Positions 36,428 through 48,734 of a stretch of DNA of 64,000 nt are shown here, in pieces. Source of the DNA: Selaginella moellendorffii (lineage: Eukaryota > Plantae > Lycopodiophyta); contig NW_003314351.1 of NCBI RefSeq assembly GCF_000143415.4, forward strand, positions 442,964 to 506,963, given 5' to 3'. Made by a program: the position numbers and the translations under genes. The notes beneath the pieces were generated by a model. It made no database searches. It was not told where the DNA came from and worked only from the letters and a program-made list of their open reading frames with translations. The first letter of the stretch is position 1. Each line of letters starts with the position of its first letter.

Positions 36428-36629
36428 CAAATGTGAAGGTGGTGTTGTTATTATACACTATGTTATTTACATAGCATAGATCTATTTTTCTTCCTTGTAC
36501 ACCATTGCTTGAGAAAAATCGAAAGTTGCAATTCTTCCTTGTGTTTATATAAAGCATCGTAACTCGAGCATAATGTCTGGACTCCCTCCACAAAATATTA
36601 AAGGCCCCAAAATAAGAGGCGCCAAACTG

Positions 36630-36750
36630 CCAGAACCAACGGCCAGGATGGAGATCGCCGACGTGGCGGGTTGCGATGTCATTGGCTGGGAGGTCGATCC
36701 TCGTCGCGCCGCGAGAGCCAATGGGAGCGCAGGAATCAGGTGTTTATAAG
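36630..36750 (+). promoter_or_regulatory. H2B promoter: AACGG (MSA-like), ACGTGG box, CCAAT/ATTGG boxes, TATA-like tttataag
   Basis: Motifs seen directly upstream of the H2B ATG; function inferred. Confidence 0.45.
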
Positions 36751-36900
36751 ATTTTCACGGAGCTAGGGGTTTCCATTGGCGAGCAATCTTCCTGGTCTGT
36801 GCGAGAGGAGTAAGTGGTAGCGCTAGCTCTCAAATCAGTAGGCAGAGCGTCTCTTTCTCTCTGTCTCTCTCTCTCTCTCGGATTCGCAAGCGGCGGAGCG

Positions 36901-37326
36901 ATGGCCAAGGCAGCGGAGAAGAAGCCTGTAGCTGAGAAGGTCCCAGCGGAGAAGAAGGCGGCGGAGAAGAAGCCGCGGGCGGAGAAGAAGACCCCGGCCA
37001 AGGATCCATCGGCGGCGGCGGACAAGAAGAAGCGCAAGATGAAGAAGAGCGTGGAGACGTACAAGATGTACATATACAAGGTACTCAAGCAGGTCCACCC
37101 CGAGACGGGCATTTCGAGCAAGGCCATGGGGATCATGAACAGCTTCATCAACGACATCTTCGAGAAGCTAGCGCAGGAGGCCTCGAGGTTGGCTCGCTAC
37201 AACAAAAAGCCCACAATCACCTCGCGGGAGATCCAGACGGCGGTTCGTCTCATCCTTCCCGGCGAGCTCGCCAAGCATGCCGTGTCCGAAGGGACCAAGG
37301 CCGTCACCAAGTTCACGAGCTCTTGA
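36901..37326 (+). CDS. H2B: Histone H2B (intronless)
   Basis: [44 protein letters not shown]...AVTKFTSS with a plant-type Lys/Ala/Pro N-tail. Confidence 0.98.
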   Translation: MAKAAEKKPVAEKVPAEKKAAEKKPRAEKKTPAKDPSAAADKKKRKMKKSVETYKMYIYKVLKQVHPETGISSKAMGIMNSFINDIFEKLAQEASRLARYNKKPTITSREIQTAVRLILPGELAKHAVSEGTKAVTKFTSS

Positions 37327-37711
37327 GCTTGTTCTTCCTGCTTTTGCCTCTCCTTTCTTTTTCCTATTAATCTAAGTGTCGTTGTAACTCCTGTATACTT
37401 GATCTTCAATGGTGAAACTTTTTTTTTCCAACAGTCAATGTGTTCTACAATGGTAGTTTTCTAAGTTTGCTCGCGCTGGAACGAGTCTAGCACAGTGAGA
37501 AATGTGAAGTATATGTATATACATCACGTCGAGATCGAGAGGGAAAATCGCAAGTACCACCTATAGTTATCAAAACAAGTAAAGCCATCCTTGTTGCCCA
37601 CGAAACAAACCATCTCGAGTCTCCCGGTCTCTTGTCATGTACATGTTGCTGTGGCCTCGAAAAACGAGGAAAAAAGATGGAAAAAGAAGAGCTTTAATCT
37701 GTTTTTCAGCG

Positions 37712-40700
37712 TCACCCTCTTCTGAAACTGTTGTGCTGCCTCAGATAATTATCGGCAGTCTTTCTCTCGGCTTCCGCTTCGTACCTCCCACGCCTGCCTG
37801 GCTTGTTGTTATCTCTCGTCCCTCTCAAATCACTGCCTGCTCTATTATGACCATCCAGCCGTGACGACGAGCTTGGCAACGTCGGCTCCCTGAGAACCTG
37901 ACTTAAAACCCCGTCACTGATGAGGCCCTTCTCCACTGCTGCAGCCGAGGTGATGAAACAGTTCCTCGACTTTGCATCTTCTATGAGCTTAGCCCAATCT
38001 TCAGACTGCTCCAACGTACCGGCATTGCCTATAACCTGCGCAGCGCATGCATGGCTTCAGCCAGGAAAAAGTGATAAAAAAATACAAAATCTTACCCATA
38101 GCGATCGACGAGCTCGAGTCAAAGCCACGTTCATCCGCCTTATGTCCGCTACGAATCCCACCCCGTGGTTAGAAGCTCGGACGCAAGACATTATAATCAC
38201 GTCCCTTTCCTGCCCCTGGAATGCATCCACCGTGTTGATGTAAACTCCCTTGGCATCACCAGAGAGAGACTCGAATTCCCTCTGTATGCACCTCAGTTGA
38301 AGCTTGTAAGGAGATATGACACCCACGGTCGCCTGCTGCCTCCCTGCCGCCTTCAAAACACCTTGGAGGTGGTCATACAGCTTGGCTGCAAACTTGGCCT
38401 CGACAACATTCTGAAACGAGACCGAGCCGCTGATGTGCGACTCCTTTCCGTGGCTCACGTCGAAAAAGAGGTAAGGCTGCAGCAGCGGGTCATGGTGGTA
38501 AATCTCGTCCGGCAAGCCCTTGACGCTGTCACTGTCCTGGAGACGGCCCTGATAAAAATGCCGAGATGGAAAATCCCGAATTTGAGGATGCATGCGATAC
38601 TGGACTGTCAGCATGAGCGTCGGACATCCCGCTTGTTGAAACCGCTCGAACAAGCTTCGCGAATACTGCATGGTGTCAGCCACCCGGCTAATGACAGTCG
38701 CTGGGAGCTGCTGCGGATCACCAACCAGGACACAGCGGGCTGCTCCAAGGATGAGTGGAGGTAGCACGCCTAGTTCGCTGGCTTGTGCTGCTTCATCAAT
38801 AACCACGATGTCAAAACCACGGGCCAGATTGGTGAAGAGTTTACGACCGCTGCTGGAAACTGTGGTGAACACGATCTCCGCCTCATTCGCAAAGCTCGCT
38901 TCGAGCTTGCTCTTCGCGTCCTCGAGACCATATCCACCACCCGGCTTATGAAGGTTGTCGACAATCACAAACCGGGACATGTCAACCAGCACCTTATCTC
39001 TTTCTTCCAGCAGCGATGCCAGCTGCTGCAGCTTCATGTCTCTGGCCTGGTCGCGGGCCGTAAGCACCTCGGGCTCGACACCGACTGCGCCCTGGACCCG
39101 ACTGGCATTTAAGTCCTTTTGTAGCACCGCTATATGCTGTGATAGAGCATACTCCCGCAGCCGCATCCGCTGAAGCCACTCTAAAATCTCGTCCCGCCCT
39201 TTTCCAATGAGCGACTCCGTTCTCTTTTCCACGGAAACTGCCTGCGCTGCCTTGGACTGCGGATCTGTTCCCACGCGAGCCACGTCAGGCCGATATACCC
39301 TCATCTCGCCGTCCATAAAACCTTTGTCCAGCACACGAGAAAGCAGCTCATCTGTTGCTGCATTCGAGGGAGCACAGACAAGCATCCGGGGCTTCGGGCA
39401 AAGCTTTGGAAGCTGCCGGAGGAGACTCTTGTCCATCTTCTGCAAAACCTCATCAATCCACCCTCCCTGCTCGTCATCGCCAGCAGCAGCATCCGAGACT
39501 ACTGCACCAGGTGCAATTTTCTTGAGGAGAGCGGTGTAGTACCTCTGATACTGCACAAGGTGGATAGCATTCAGCATCCCCCAGACCGTATGTGTTTTCC
39601 CTGTCCCAGGCGGCCCTTGCACCAGGCTAAAAGGCCATATTTCCTGTGATCTCGTAGCTGCAGCAGTGCCGGCAGCCGTGTGCATAGCCGCCCATTGTAT
39701 AGCCGACAGTTGCGGAGCATTGAAATTGTTGCGCAAGTACTCAGTAAACCCTGGAGTGAAACAGCTAAGCATAACCGCTTGCTCCTGGTCATAACGAGGA
39801 AATAGCTCGGGCCGTGGCTGCAATATCGCCTTGAGCATCTGTGAATGGACCACTCGTAAAATCCATGAAAGAACCAAGAAAACAATTTACCTGAGGGTGC
39901 AGGCGGTAGAGAGCATGAAGGGCAACATATTCACGTTGTGTAGTCGCAAGGCCGCCTAAAACAGTGAACGACCATACACCACCTTGACGCAGGTCGTCCA
40001 ACAAGTGATTGGGGTAGCCACCTCTTCAAACAAAACCGAGTTAGACAACGATAGGAAAGTTTAGCTCAAACGGAAATAACTCACCCATTATCTCCGTTGA
40101 ATTCGGAAAAGTTTATGAACATAACAGCTCCATGGGCGTCACGAACGTCAAGCGGCATGTACCGGCGGGCAATACCAGCAATGTGAATCGATATTTCGCC
40201 TTCCTCTTTGGCATCTTCGCTGCCATTCTTGCGTTGAGCGTCTGTATTATAAGCACCAGCTTAAAGCTCAATTTCTCTTGAGAAAGACAAATGACACACT
40301 ACCTTGAGGCGGTGTCGACAAAACTGCCACGTCGCCTTCTTTGAAGTTAAAGCGAGTACGAGCGTCCATAGGAAGTAAAGTGACATCGTACCATCCTGGT
40401 AACAAATGTTTAGTTACCCTGCATCAGAATCAGAACCAGAATCACAAGGCACATACCTCTGTCGCGTTTATCAACTGCTTTGATCATCGCGGAAGTGTGT
40501 ACTTCCTTTCCTGAGTCACGAAGCTCCTCCCAGACATTGAACAGCTGTGCCCGGCACTCTTCAAACAGTAGTGGTTCGAATACTTGTACGTATTCTTCTA
40601 AAGATGCAAAGCTTCCTGGAACGCGCTGCAGCTCTGTCTCCGCTGGTTGGCCTGCACAGACTTCACACCGTCAAAAATCCATCCCAGATACGTAGTCCTA

Positions 40701-41834
40701 CACGCCCAAGCAGGTTTGATAACTACTCTGTGCGATCAGCCCAAACAGCAGCGCTGCAATTTTCATTGAGCAAAATCCCTTGCTCTTCCACGTCCGATGA
40801 ACCTTTTGGTGGACTTGCATATAAAGAGCGGCAGCTGCTTGCCATGTTACACACACAGTCGACTCAAAACTGTAGAAAAACAGTACGTGAGTAAGCATAA
40901 CACTGACAGAAACTATGAAGCATCTAGCGTCATAATGTTGCCAGCATCTGACTTAGTCAGCGACCCTAACCATTTTCTCTCTTTCGAAGAAGAAAAGGAC
41001 AGGAAAAACCAAGGCCAAAAAAAAAAGAAAAAAGAAAAACAGGAACCGTATTACCGGAGAATATAACAAACCTGATTGTTGCCACAGCTTGCTGCAGGTA
41101 GCCTCTCGATGGAGCCTTTCAATAGACGCGTCCAGAGGTTGAGATGCTGCAGCAGCACGCTTGAATGGAGCTTGTCTCCTAATTGGTGCGCGCTCTTCAC
41201 CTCCATTCCCTCCATTCTCACCATGCTGTCGTCGAACATTCGGCCTCTGGAATTGCGGCTTAAGCTGCGCATCTCGGGGCCTCTCTTTGGCATCGAGGGA
41301 TCCATTACAGTTGTCGTCCTTGTTGGTCTCGAAGCACGACTCCACATTCTCTCTGGCTTCTTTAAGCTGTTGCCGAACTCCTACGCTCCGCACAACCGGT
41401 GTCGGGACTTTCGGCGGACGCGCTATTTGCAAGGACTCGTCTAACTCCAGCACCATCGTCTGCCTCGTACGCTTCTTGCCCAGCTTCTCATCGTTCTTGG
41501 CTACAGCAGCTTGCCTGGGGAGGGTGGTGACCGCTTTTCTCTGGGGGGCTGGCGTTGGCGTCTCGGGTGGTCGAGTACTGTCGGGTGGCCGAGTACTGTC
41601 GGGTGGCCGAGCACTACTTTCCACTGCTTTACTACAAACAGCAGCGCTTGTATCTTCCGGCGGCTCCATGAAGTTGTCCGACTGTTTCTTGGCCAGCCTC
41701 GCGCTCCTCCGCGCCTTTTCTACCTTGACGGGTGGCTTGTCACCGCTGCTCGAGGAAGGGCATGCCGCTTGTCCCGCCGTGTCGGCATCAGGAGCCTTGG
41801 GCGATGGAGGCGGTAAATTCAGATCGAGCTCCAT
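37712..41834 (-). CDS. SEN1/senataxin-like SF1 (UPF1/DNA2-NAM7 type) helicase, multi-exon
   Basis: LVQGPPGTGKT, LVCAPSNAATDELL, VVIDEAAQA, LVGDPQQLPATV, QYRMHPQI, TVDAFQGQERD, RMNVALTRARRSL; N-terminal MELDLNLPP. Confidence 0.93.
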
Positions 41835-42209
41835 CGTCCTAGAACTTGTAACTACTACTAGTAATAATCCGGCATCACATAATAGGGTCACCTAGGGTTA
41901 TCCTCGTCGGCCACAACGCAATACGTCTCGCACCTGGACAAACTTCCAATCCACCACTCCTGCTCCATCCTAATCCACCACTCCTTCTCCATCCTGACCG
42001 CCACCGCCGCCCCTCCGCCCGCCCGCCCGCCGCTCCTCCAATCCCTCCGCTCTCTCTCAACTTCGCTGACTTGCTCCTCTTGGTGGAGGCGAGCACAGCG
42101 CTCTAGAATTCTTCCTCAGGCTCTCTCTTGTCTCTGGGAGAGAGGGGCAGCCGCATTTTATAGGTAAGAGAGCAGGGCCCTTGCGTCCACCGTAATTCTC
42201 ACCCTGTCG

Positions 42210-42228
42210 CCAATGCCCTCTCGCCACG
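42210..42228 (+). promoter_or_regulatory. ERSE-like element CCAAT-N9-CCACG upstream of the SEN1-like gene
   Basis: ccaat gccctctcg ccacg matches the consensus, ~50 bp upstream of a minus-strand TATAAAA at ~42156-42162. Confidence 0.4.
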
Positions 42229-42353
42229 TGTCCACGGGAGAAAGCCACTGGATTGGATTCGGGCCTGGGGATCCGACGGTGGACGTTCAAGTCTGTACGT
42301 ATATATAATATAGGTACGAACTCCTTTACTTATTACAAAAGTACGTGGGGGGG

Positions 42354-44419
42354 TCATTGACTTGTCAAGGTCCGAGTGGGGAGGACGAGGACGAGGAGAT
42401 TTTGGAGCTGGCGGCACGGCGTTGGAGTGACGCCGAGAGAGGCTCCTTTGACGTTGGAGCAGTCCCACTTGGATCCCTGCGAGGCGTCGTCAACCTCGAG
42501 AGTTATGTTGGACAAGCATATGTCCTCAAACGGGGCCGCCTCCAAGCCTCTCAGGCTTCCGGCGTGGGAGATGTTCCGGCCCCAAACCTTGTTCACGTAA
42601 ATCCCTCTCACCACCGGGTACGCCAGCGGGTCGTAGCCCTCGTCAGGATGCTCGCTGCTACTGTTGCCGCTCAAGGCGATTGCCGTGAGCACACTGTCCA
42701 TGGTGACGTTGGTGACCGAGATGTTCTTGACGTAGCCTCCGCGGCCCGCCCCAGTCTTAACGTGGACTCCGATCTTTGAGTTGAACACTCGAACGTCCTC
42801 CACCACCACATTCTTTATCCCGCCCGACATCTCACTGCCAAAGGCGATGGCGGCGCTGGCGGGTGCCTGGGCCGTGATTCGCCGGATCACGACCTTGGCA
42901 CTCGGGAGCCCAACCCGGATGCCATACTCGTCCCAGCCGCTCTTGACCGAGACAGCGTCGCCGCCGCTGGTTATCGCACAGTCCTCAATGCAGACGCCGG
43001 TACAAGAATCTGCACAGGGCACGTGTTTATCTGGATTAGAATCAGAGAATGGAAAATGGATGGATGGATGGAGTTGAGTGATCCATCCCACGAGATCAAC
43101 AACCAGAAGCCCATGCAAAGAGCACAGGGTGGGAGCTCACGTAATGAAACCCACAGTCAAAATAGTAGTAAACCCAAAAGATGCTATACCTGCATCTTGC
43201 CGGTTCCTTAAACAACAGTGCCTCGCTCCTTTGGGCCTGGGTTACCATCTAACTCACTGTTAGCAAGAGCTCTGTTTCGAAACAGCCAAGGGTTCGAAAA
43301 CAAGCGACAAAATTCCAGCAAGGAATCGCTAACGTAGAAGAAGCAGCAACTAAGTAGTTGTGTGAAAAAAAGTCAGAGTCGAGAACCATGGTCCACTCCC
43401 ATGGTTGCTCAAGTACGTGAAAAGCCTGGATAAAGTACAGGGTTGTCAAGAATTGTTACCTGGTTGGACACCATCAGTGTTGGGTGACTCCGAAGGGGCA
43501 ACCACGGTCACGCCTCTGATGACAACATTGCTTTCAAAACCAGAAACCAACAACACGCGGTAACTCGTTAGAGCAGGAAAAAAAAAACTTAAAAAAAAAA
43601 TTTCCAGGACTCTAGCAGAAGTGCCACTACACCTATCAGACAAACCTGCAATAAACAGGGTGGATGGTCCAGGATGGTGAATTCAGGAGACTAATATTTG
43701 ACACCACGATGTTTTTCGAATTGATGAACTCCACCAAGTGGCCCCTTGTATAATTCAGGGACTGATTACGGAACCAGTGCCACCACACCGATCCCTGCCC
43801 GTCTATTGTCCCATTTCCACCTGTGACAGAGCAACTGTGCTTCACACAAGAAAAGCGAGGAGGATACAGTATCTCACCTGTAATCACTACATCTTCCAGA
43901 TCCTTGCCATAGACTAGACTCCTGTGCCTCCGACCCGGGAGGTCCCTGCCCCTCCCGTACGACGGCAATGGATCTATTAAAGGCCAGTCGTGTGGATCCT
44001 ACCGAATCGAAGAAACAAGCAAGCAGAGTGAGCGACATCCAATTGGCCGACCTCACCTGAGAGGCGAGGATGACGGAGCCCGTGTCGAGAAAGAGCGTGA
44101 GGTGACTGATGAGCGTGAAGCTGCCCGTTAGCCACCTGCCGGCGGGCACGTAGAGTTGCGCGCCACCCTTGTGAGCAAACGACTGCAGATAAAAGACGGC
44201 ATTCTGAAACGCCACCGTGTTCACGGTTTGCCCATCCCCGACAGCTCCGAACTCTGTGATGGACACACTGTGCGGCCTCGCAACGCTTCTGCGGTTGCCG
44301 CGCCCGCAGATCTCCTCCACGTCCAATCGGCCGGACGAGCTCGGGCAATCGCCCCAAGACTCTATCACCATCATACCTACAAGAATGGCCAGCGCGTCGA
44401 GCTTCACAAACCACCACAT
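42354..44419 (-). CDS. GH28 polygalacturonase-like protein, multi-exon
   Basis: SITEFGAVGDG..NT.AF, WLTGSF.L.SHLTLFL, GTIDGQG, SPNTDG..PDS, GGDAVSVKSGWDEYG, GSEMSGG, KT..GRGGYV. The start codon is uncertain because an upstream exon is possible. Confidence 0.9.
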
Positions 44420-45429
44420 CTCTGGCGCCCTCGATCCCCCGCCCCGAAGACCTAGCAGCAGCAATGCAGCAGAGCTGGATTGGTTGGCGATGCCAAAATC
44501 ATGGCGATGCTAATCGGGGCCGCCGCGGGGAAGCCAAAACTACTGGCCGTGATACTCTGCCGACCGCACAGTGACCGATCTTGATCCGCCTCCTCGCCCG
44601 CGACCGCACACTCTTCCATGTCTCGCCGCTGTGTGTACTCACATCTCCTGGAAGGAATTGTTGGAGCGTGGCACCTGCTAAATGCGGCCACGGAGCCTGG
44701 AAACTTACCGATTTGAGGTGGAGAGGATGAGCGCTGCCGCCGCAGAGGGTGTGAAATGGAGGTGGATCCAGCGCTGGGCACATCCCCCACCCAGATTGCT
44801 CGCCTCGCCTCGCCCGCGTTTCCGGAGCAGACGTGCCTGTTGCTCAAGCTATTTTCTTCCATTTCCACGTCAAGGGAATATTTAACAAAGAGTAATGGGC
44901 TGGCAACCGGCAATGGCCGGTTGCACGTAATCCATTGGTGCGCCACAAGCCCGCCAGCCACCGGCTCTAGGCCGTTGCGCCTGACCGACACCTTGGAGCT
45001 CCAGCTGGCTTGCTGGCCTCTGCTAAATTGGACTCGCCTCGTTGATGTGAAAGCTTGGTTGGGCCACAAGACGCCACCAGCCGAGTGAATGGAGAAACCG
45101 TCACAGATGATTAGAGGATTAGAGGACGATTACATCACGCGAGAGCAACAAGAGAATTTGCAGAACTGGGGAGGAGATAACTAAACTATTTCCTCCCCTC
45201 ATCCAGAATGATGCACAAAAACAAAAAAAGAAAAAGTAGGAGAGATTGGATTGGGCATTTGGAATTTGGAAGCAGGAACATGGGCCATGCAGCTAAAAGT
45301 CATATGCTCCCATGTGCCCTCATCACATTCGTTAAGCGTAACTTACGCGAATGAATGGCATTGTGACAAAACACCCAGTTTCCTAGGTAGCTTTGTTTTC
45401 AGAGGGGGGCTGGCTATAGAGGCGACGTA

Positions 45430-46393
45430 TCACTTTTGCAGCCACATCAATACCATTTGCGCCTGGAGAGACGGTCCAAAGCACTGCGCCCTTGTGAGAC
45501 AAAATCTGGTGCACGACGTCCCGCCGGGGACGACAGCGCGAGTTGTCTCCAGTATGTAGCACGAACTGCCTGCGTCGCCTTTTCCCTGTACCAAAACCCC
45601 CCACACATCTACGCTGCTACCATCGCCATCGCCATCGCCGCCGTCCTTTGTTGACTGGGCGTTGCCGGCGGCCTTGTCACGTCCACACGACCGGGTCAAG
45701 TCGAACGATCTCCGGAGGCAGAGGCTATCTTGCATGGGGCATTGGCCAGCAGCAGACAGCGATCGTGCGTCGCGAACCAGTCTGGATGTTTGCTCGTCAA
45801 GCTTCCGGACGAGGATTAAACCGTCCGGAGACGCAGTCGTTACAGACTCCCTCACGTAGTTCCAGCACTCGGACGGGGTATGCTCCAAGGCACTCGGAGG
45901 AACCCTGCGCCTCTGCGTCCTAATGCCCTTCGAATCGAATATGTACTGGAGGAATGGTGCCTCCCGAATGTTCTTCACTATCTGGCAAGCCGGCCACCAT
46001 ATAATTATCAGCATACATCTCAGGACAGCGTCAAAAGAGAAACATTACCTCGACTATGTGATCTTGCACCCACTTGTCTAACGTCCTCATGTCCGAGCAT
46101 GGCTGTGACAGGGACAAAGGCTGCAACCAGAAGCTACTCCTGTCAATGGGAGTCGAACAGGATGCGCTTTCCACCGCGTCAAACACCAGGTTCCCAGCGT
46201 TGCAACCCGTGGTGGCTCTAGTCCTAGTGGCTACTCTAAGAGAATCGAGCCCCCTCAATCTGCCGGGCCGAGCAAAGAATGATATCGCGCATCGATCGTC
46301 GTTCCTAAGCACTACCTGGCTGCTGCTGCTGCTGCTACTGCTGCTGCCGAACGCAGCGGCAAGATTTCCCGCCACCGCTGCGGAGGACGCCAT
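45430..46393 (-). CDS. Conserved plant protein of unknown function, probable plastid transit peptide, two exons (intron 45982-46048)
   Basis: MASSAAVAG...Ser-rich transit-like start; LDKWVQDHIVE|IVKNIREAPFL, PDGLILV, WGVLVQG, CYILETTR, CTRFCL...CFG. Confidence 0.75.
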
Positions 46394-46509
46394 TCTTCTT
46401 GGGGCTGCAGCGATCCCGCGTTTGTTTGACTGCTTTAGGGCTTTGTAGGCCAAGAAGGATGATTCGAGATTACGAAAAAGGGTGACAGTTGGAATGTTTA
46501 TGTGCGTCG

Positions 46510-46675
46510 ATTCCACGTGTGCTGGATGCAACGGCTGAGATGACTGACGTGGCCGTTACACGAGAGGCCACACGGCTAACACGTGCTGATGAATGCCATG
46601 TCATTTGCACGTGTTAACCGTGTGGTTTCCCCTTAAAATTCATTAAGCTGTGCAATGTGGCGCCTGCGTGGCAAA
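46510..46675. promoter_or_regulatory. Cluster of G-box/ABRE motifs
   Basis: ccacgtgt (~46513), tgacgtggc (~46545), acacgtgc (~46579), gcacgtgt (~46607) and gcgtggc (~46666), 120-280 bp upstream of the 46393 ATG. Confidence 0.55.
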
Positions 46676-46960
46676 AGAAAAGATGATGTGGCATTAGGGC
46701 TAAAAAGAACAATTTGACCGCCCGTTTTGTTTAAGCATATGTTTATAGTGGTCAAAAATGGCAAGTAAAATAATATTTTCGTTAGAGATGTAAAAAGTAA
46801 ATTTACCAGGGGAGATATTTTGGTTGCTACATGAAATTGATATACCACCTGCAGACTTCTTTAATCAGGTGGTGGTTGGGAAATGGCGCATGGACACGTT
46901 CAGCGAAACAAAGTCTTCTGTGATTTATTCCATTCTAACCATCGGCATGCGCTTTACGTT

Positions 46961-48204
<1,244 letters not shown>

Positions 48205-48734
48205 CTAGATAGCTAACTCTCTCCTTCCTCCTATGGTTGGGTACTACTAGACCATCAGGCAACCAACAGCCTCTCTCTTGTTCACAACAACAGGTGATAG
48301 CTTTTACCTTCTCCGCCGAGCTGAGTAGTTTTTAACTGAACACATTCTCGAGTTGCCAATGTTCACTCATCAAACTTAAACTTTGAGAAGTAGAAACAAG
48401 ATGAGAGAGCTTCAAAATGGAACACTCCCAACAGTCAATGATGGATGAGATCAACAAGGGGTGAAACCTGTCAAAAATCCATCTTCTTGTTACAAAGAGC
48501 TTTAGCGACACCACAACTACTTTGGTGGGGCTAAAACGTTCGTAGCATCTCGAACCTCGATAGTCGGTTTGGAGGATCGGATTTTGGGAAGTATAAGAGG
48601 CGAGTGGACCAGGCCGCCTTTAAGCGCTTCTCGCTCAATCAATCAGAGGCTTCCCAAGCACATACGTCATTGTAAATGGCCGCTCAAAGTTGCGATCAAG
48701 CCATTTTTGACCCATATCCCTGCACTGTCATGAC

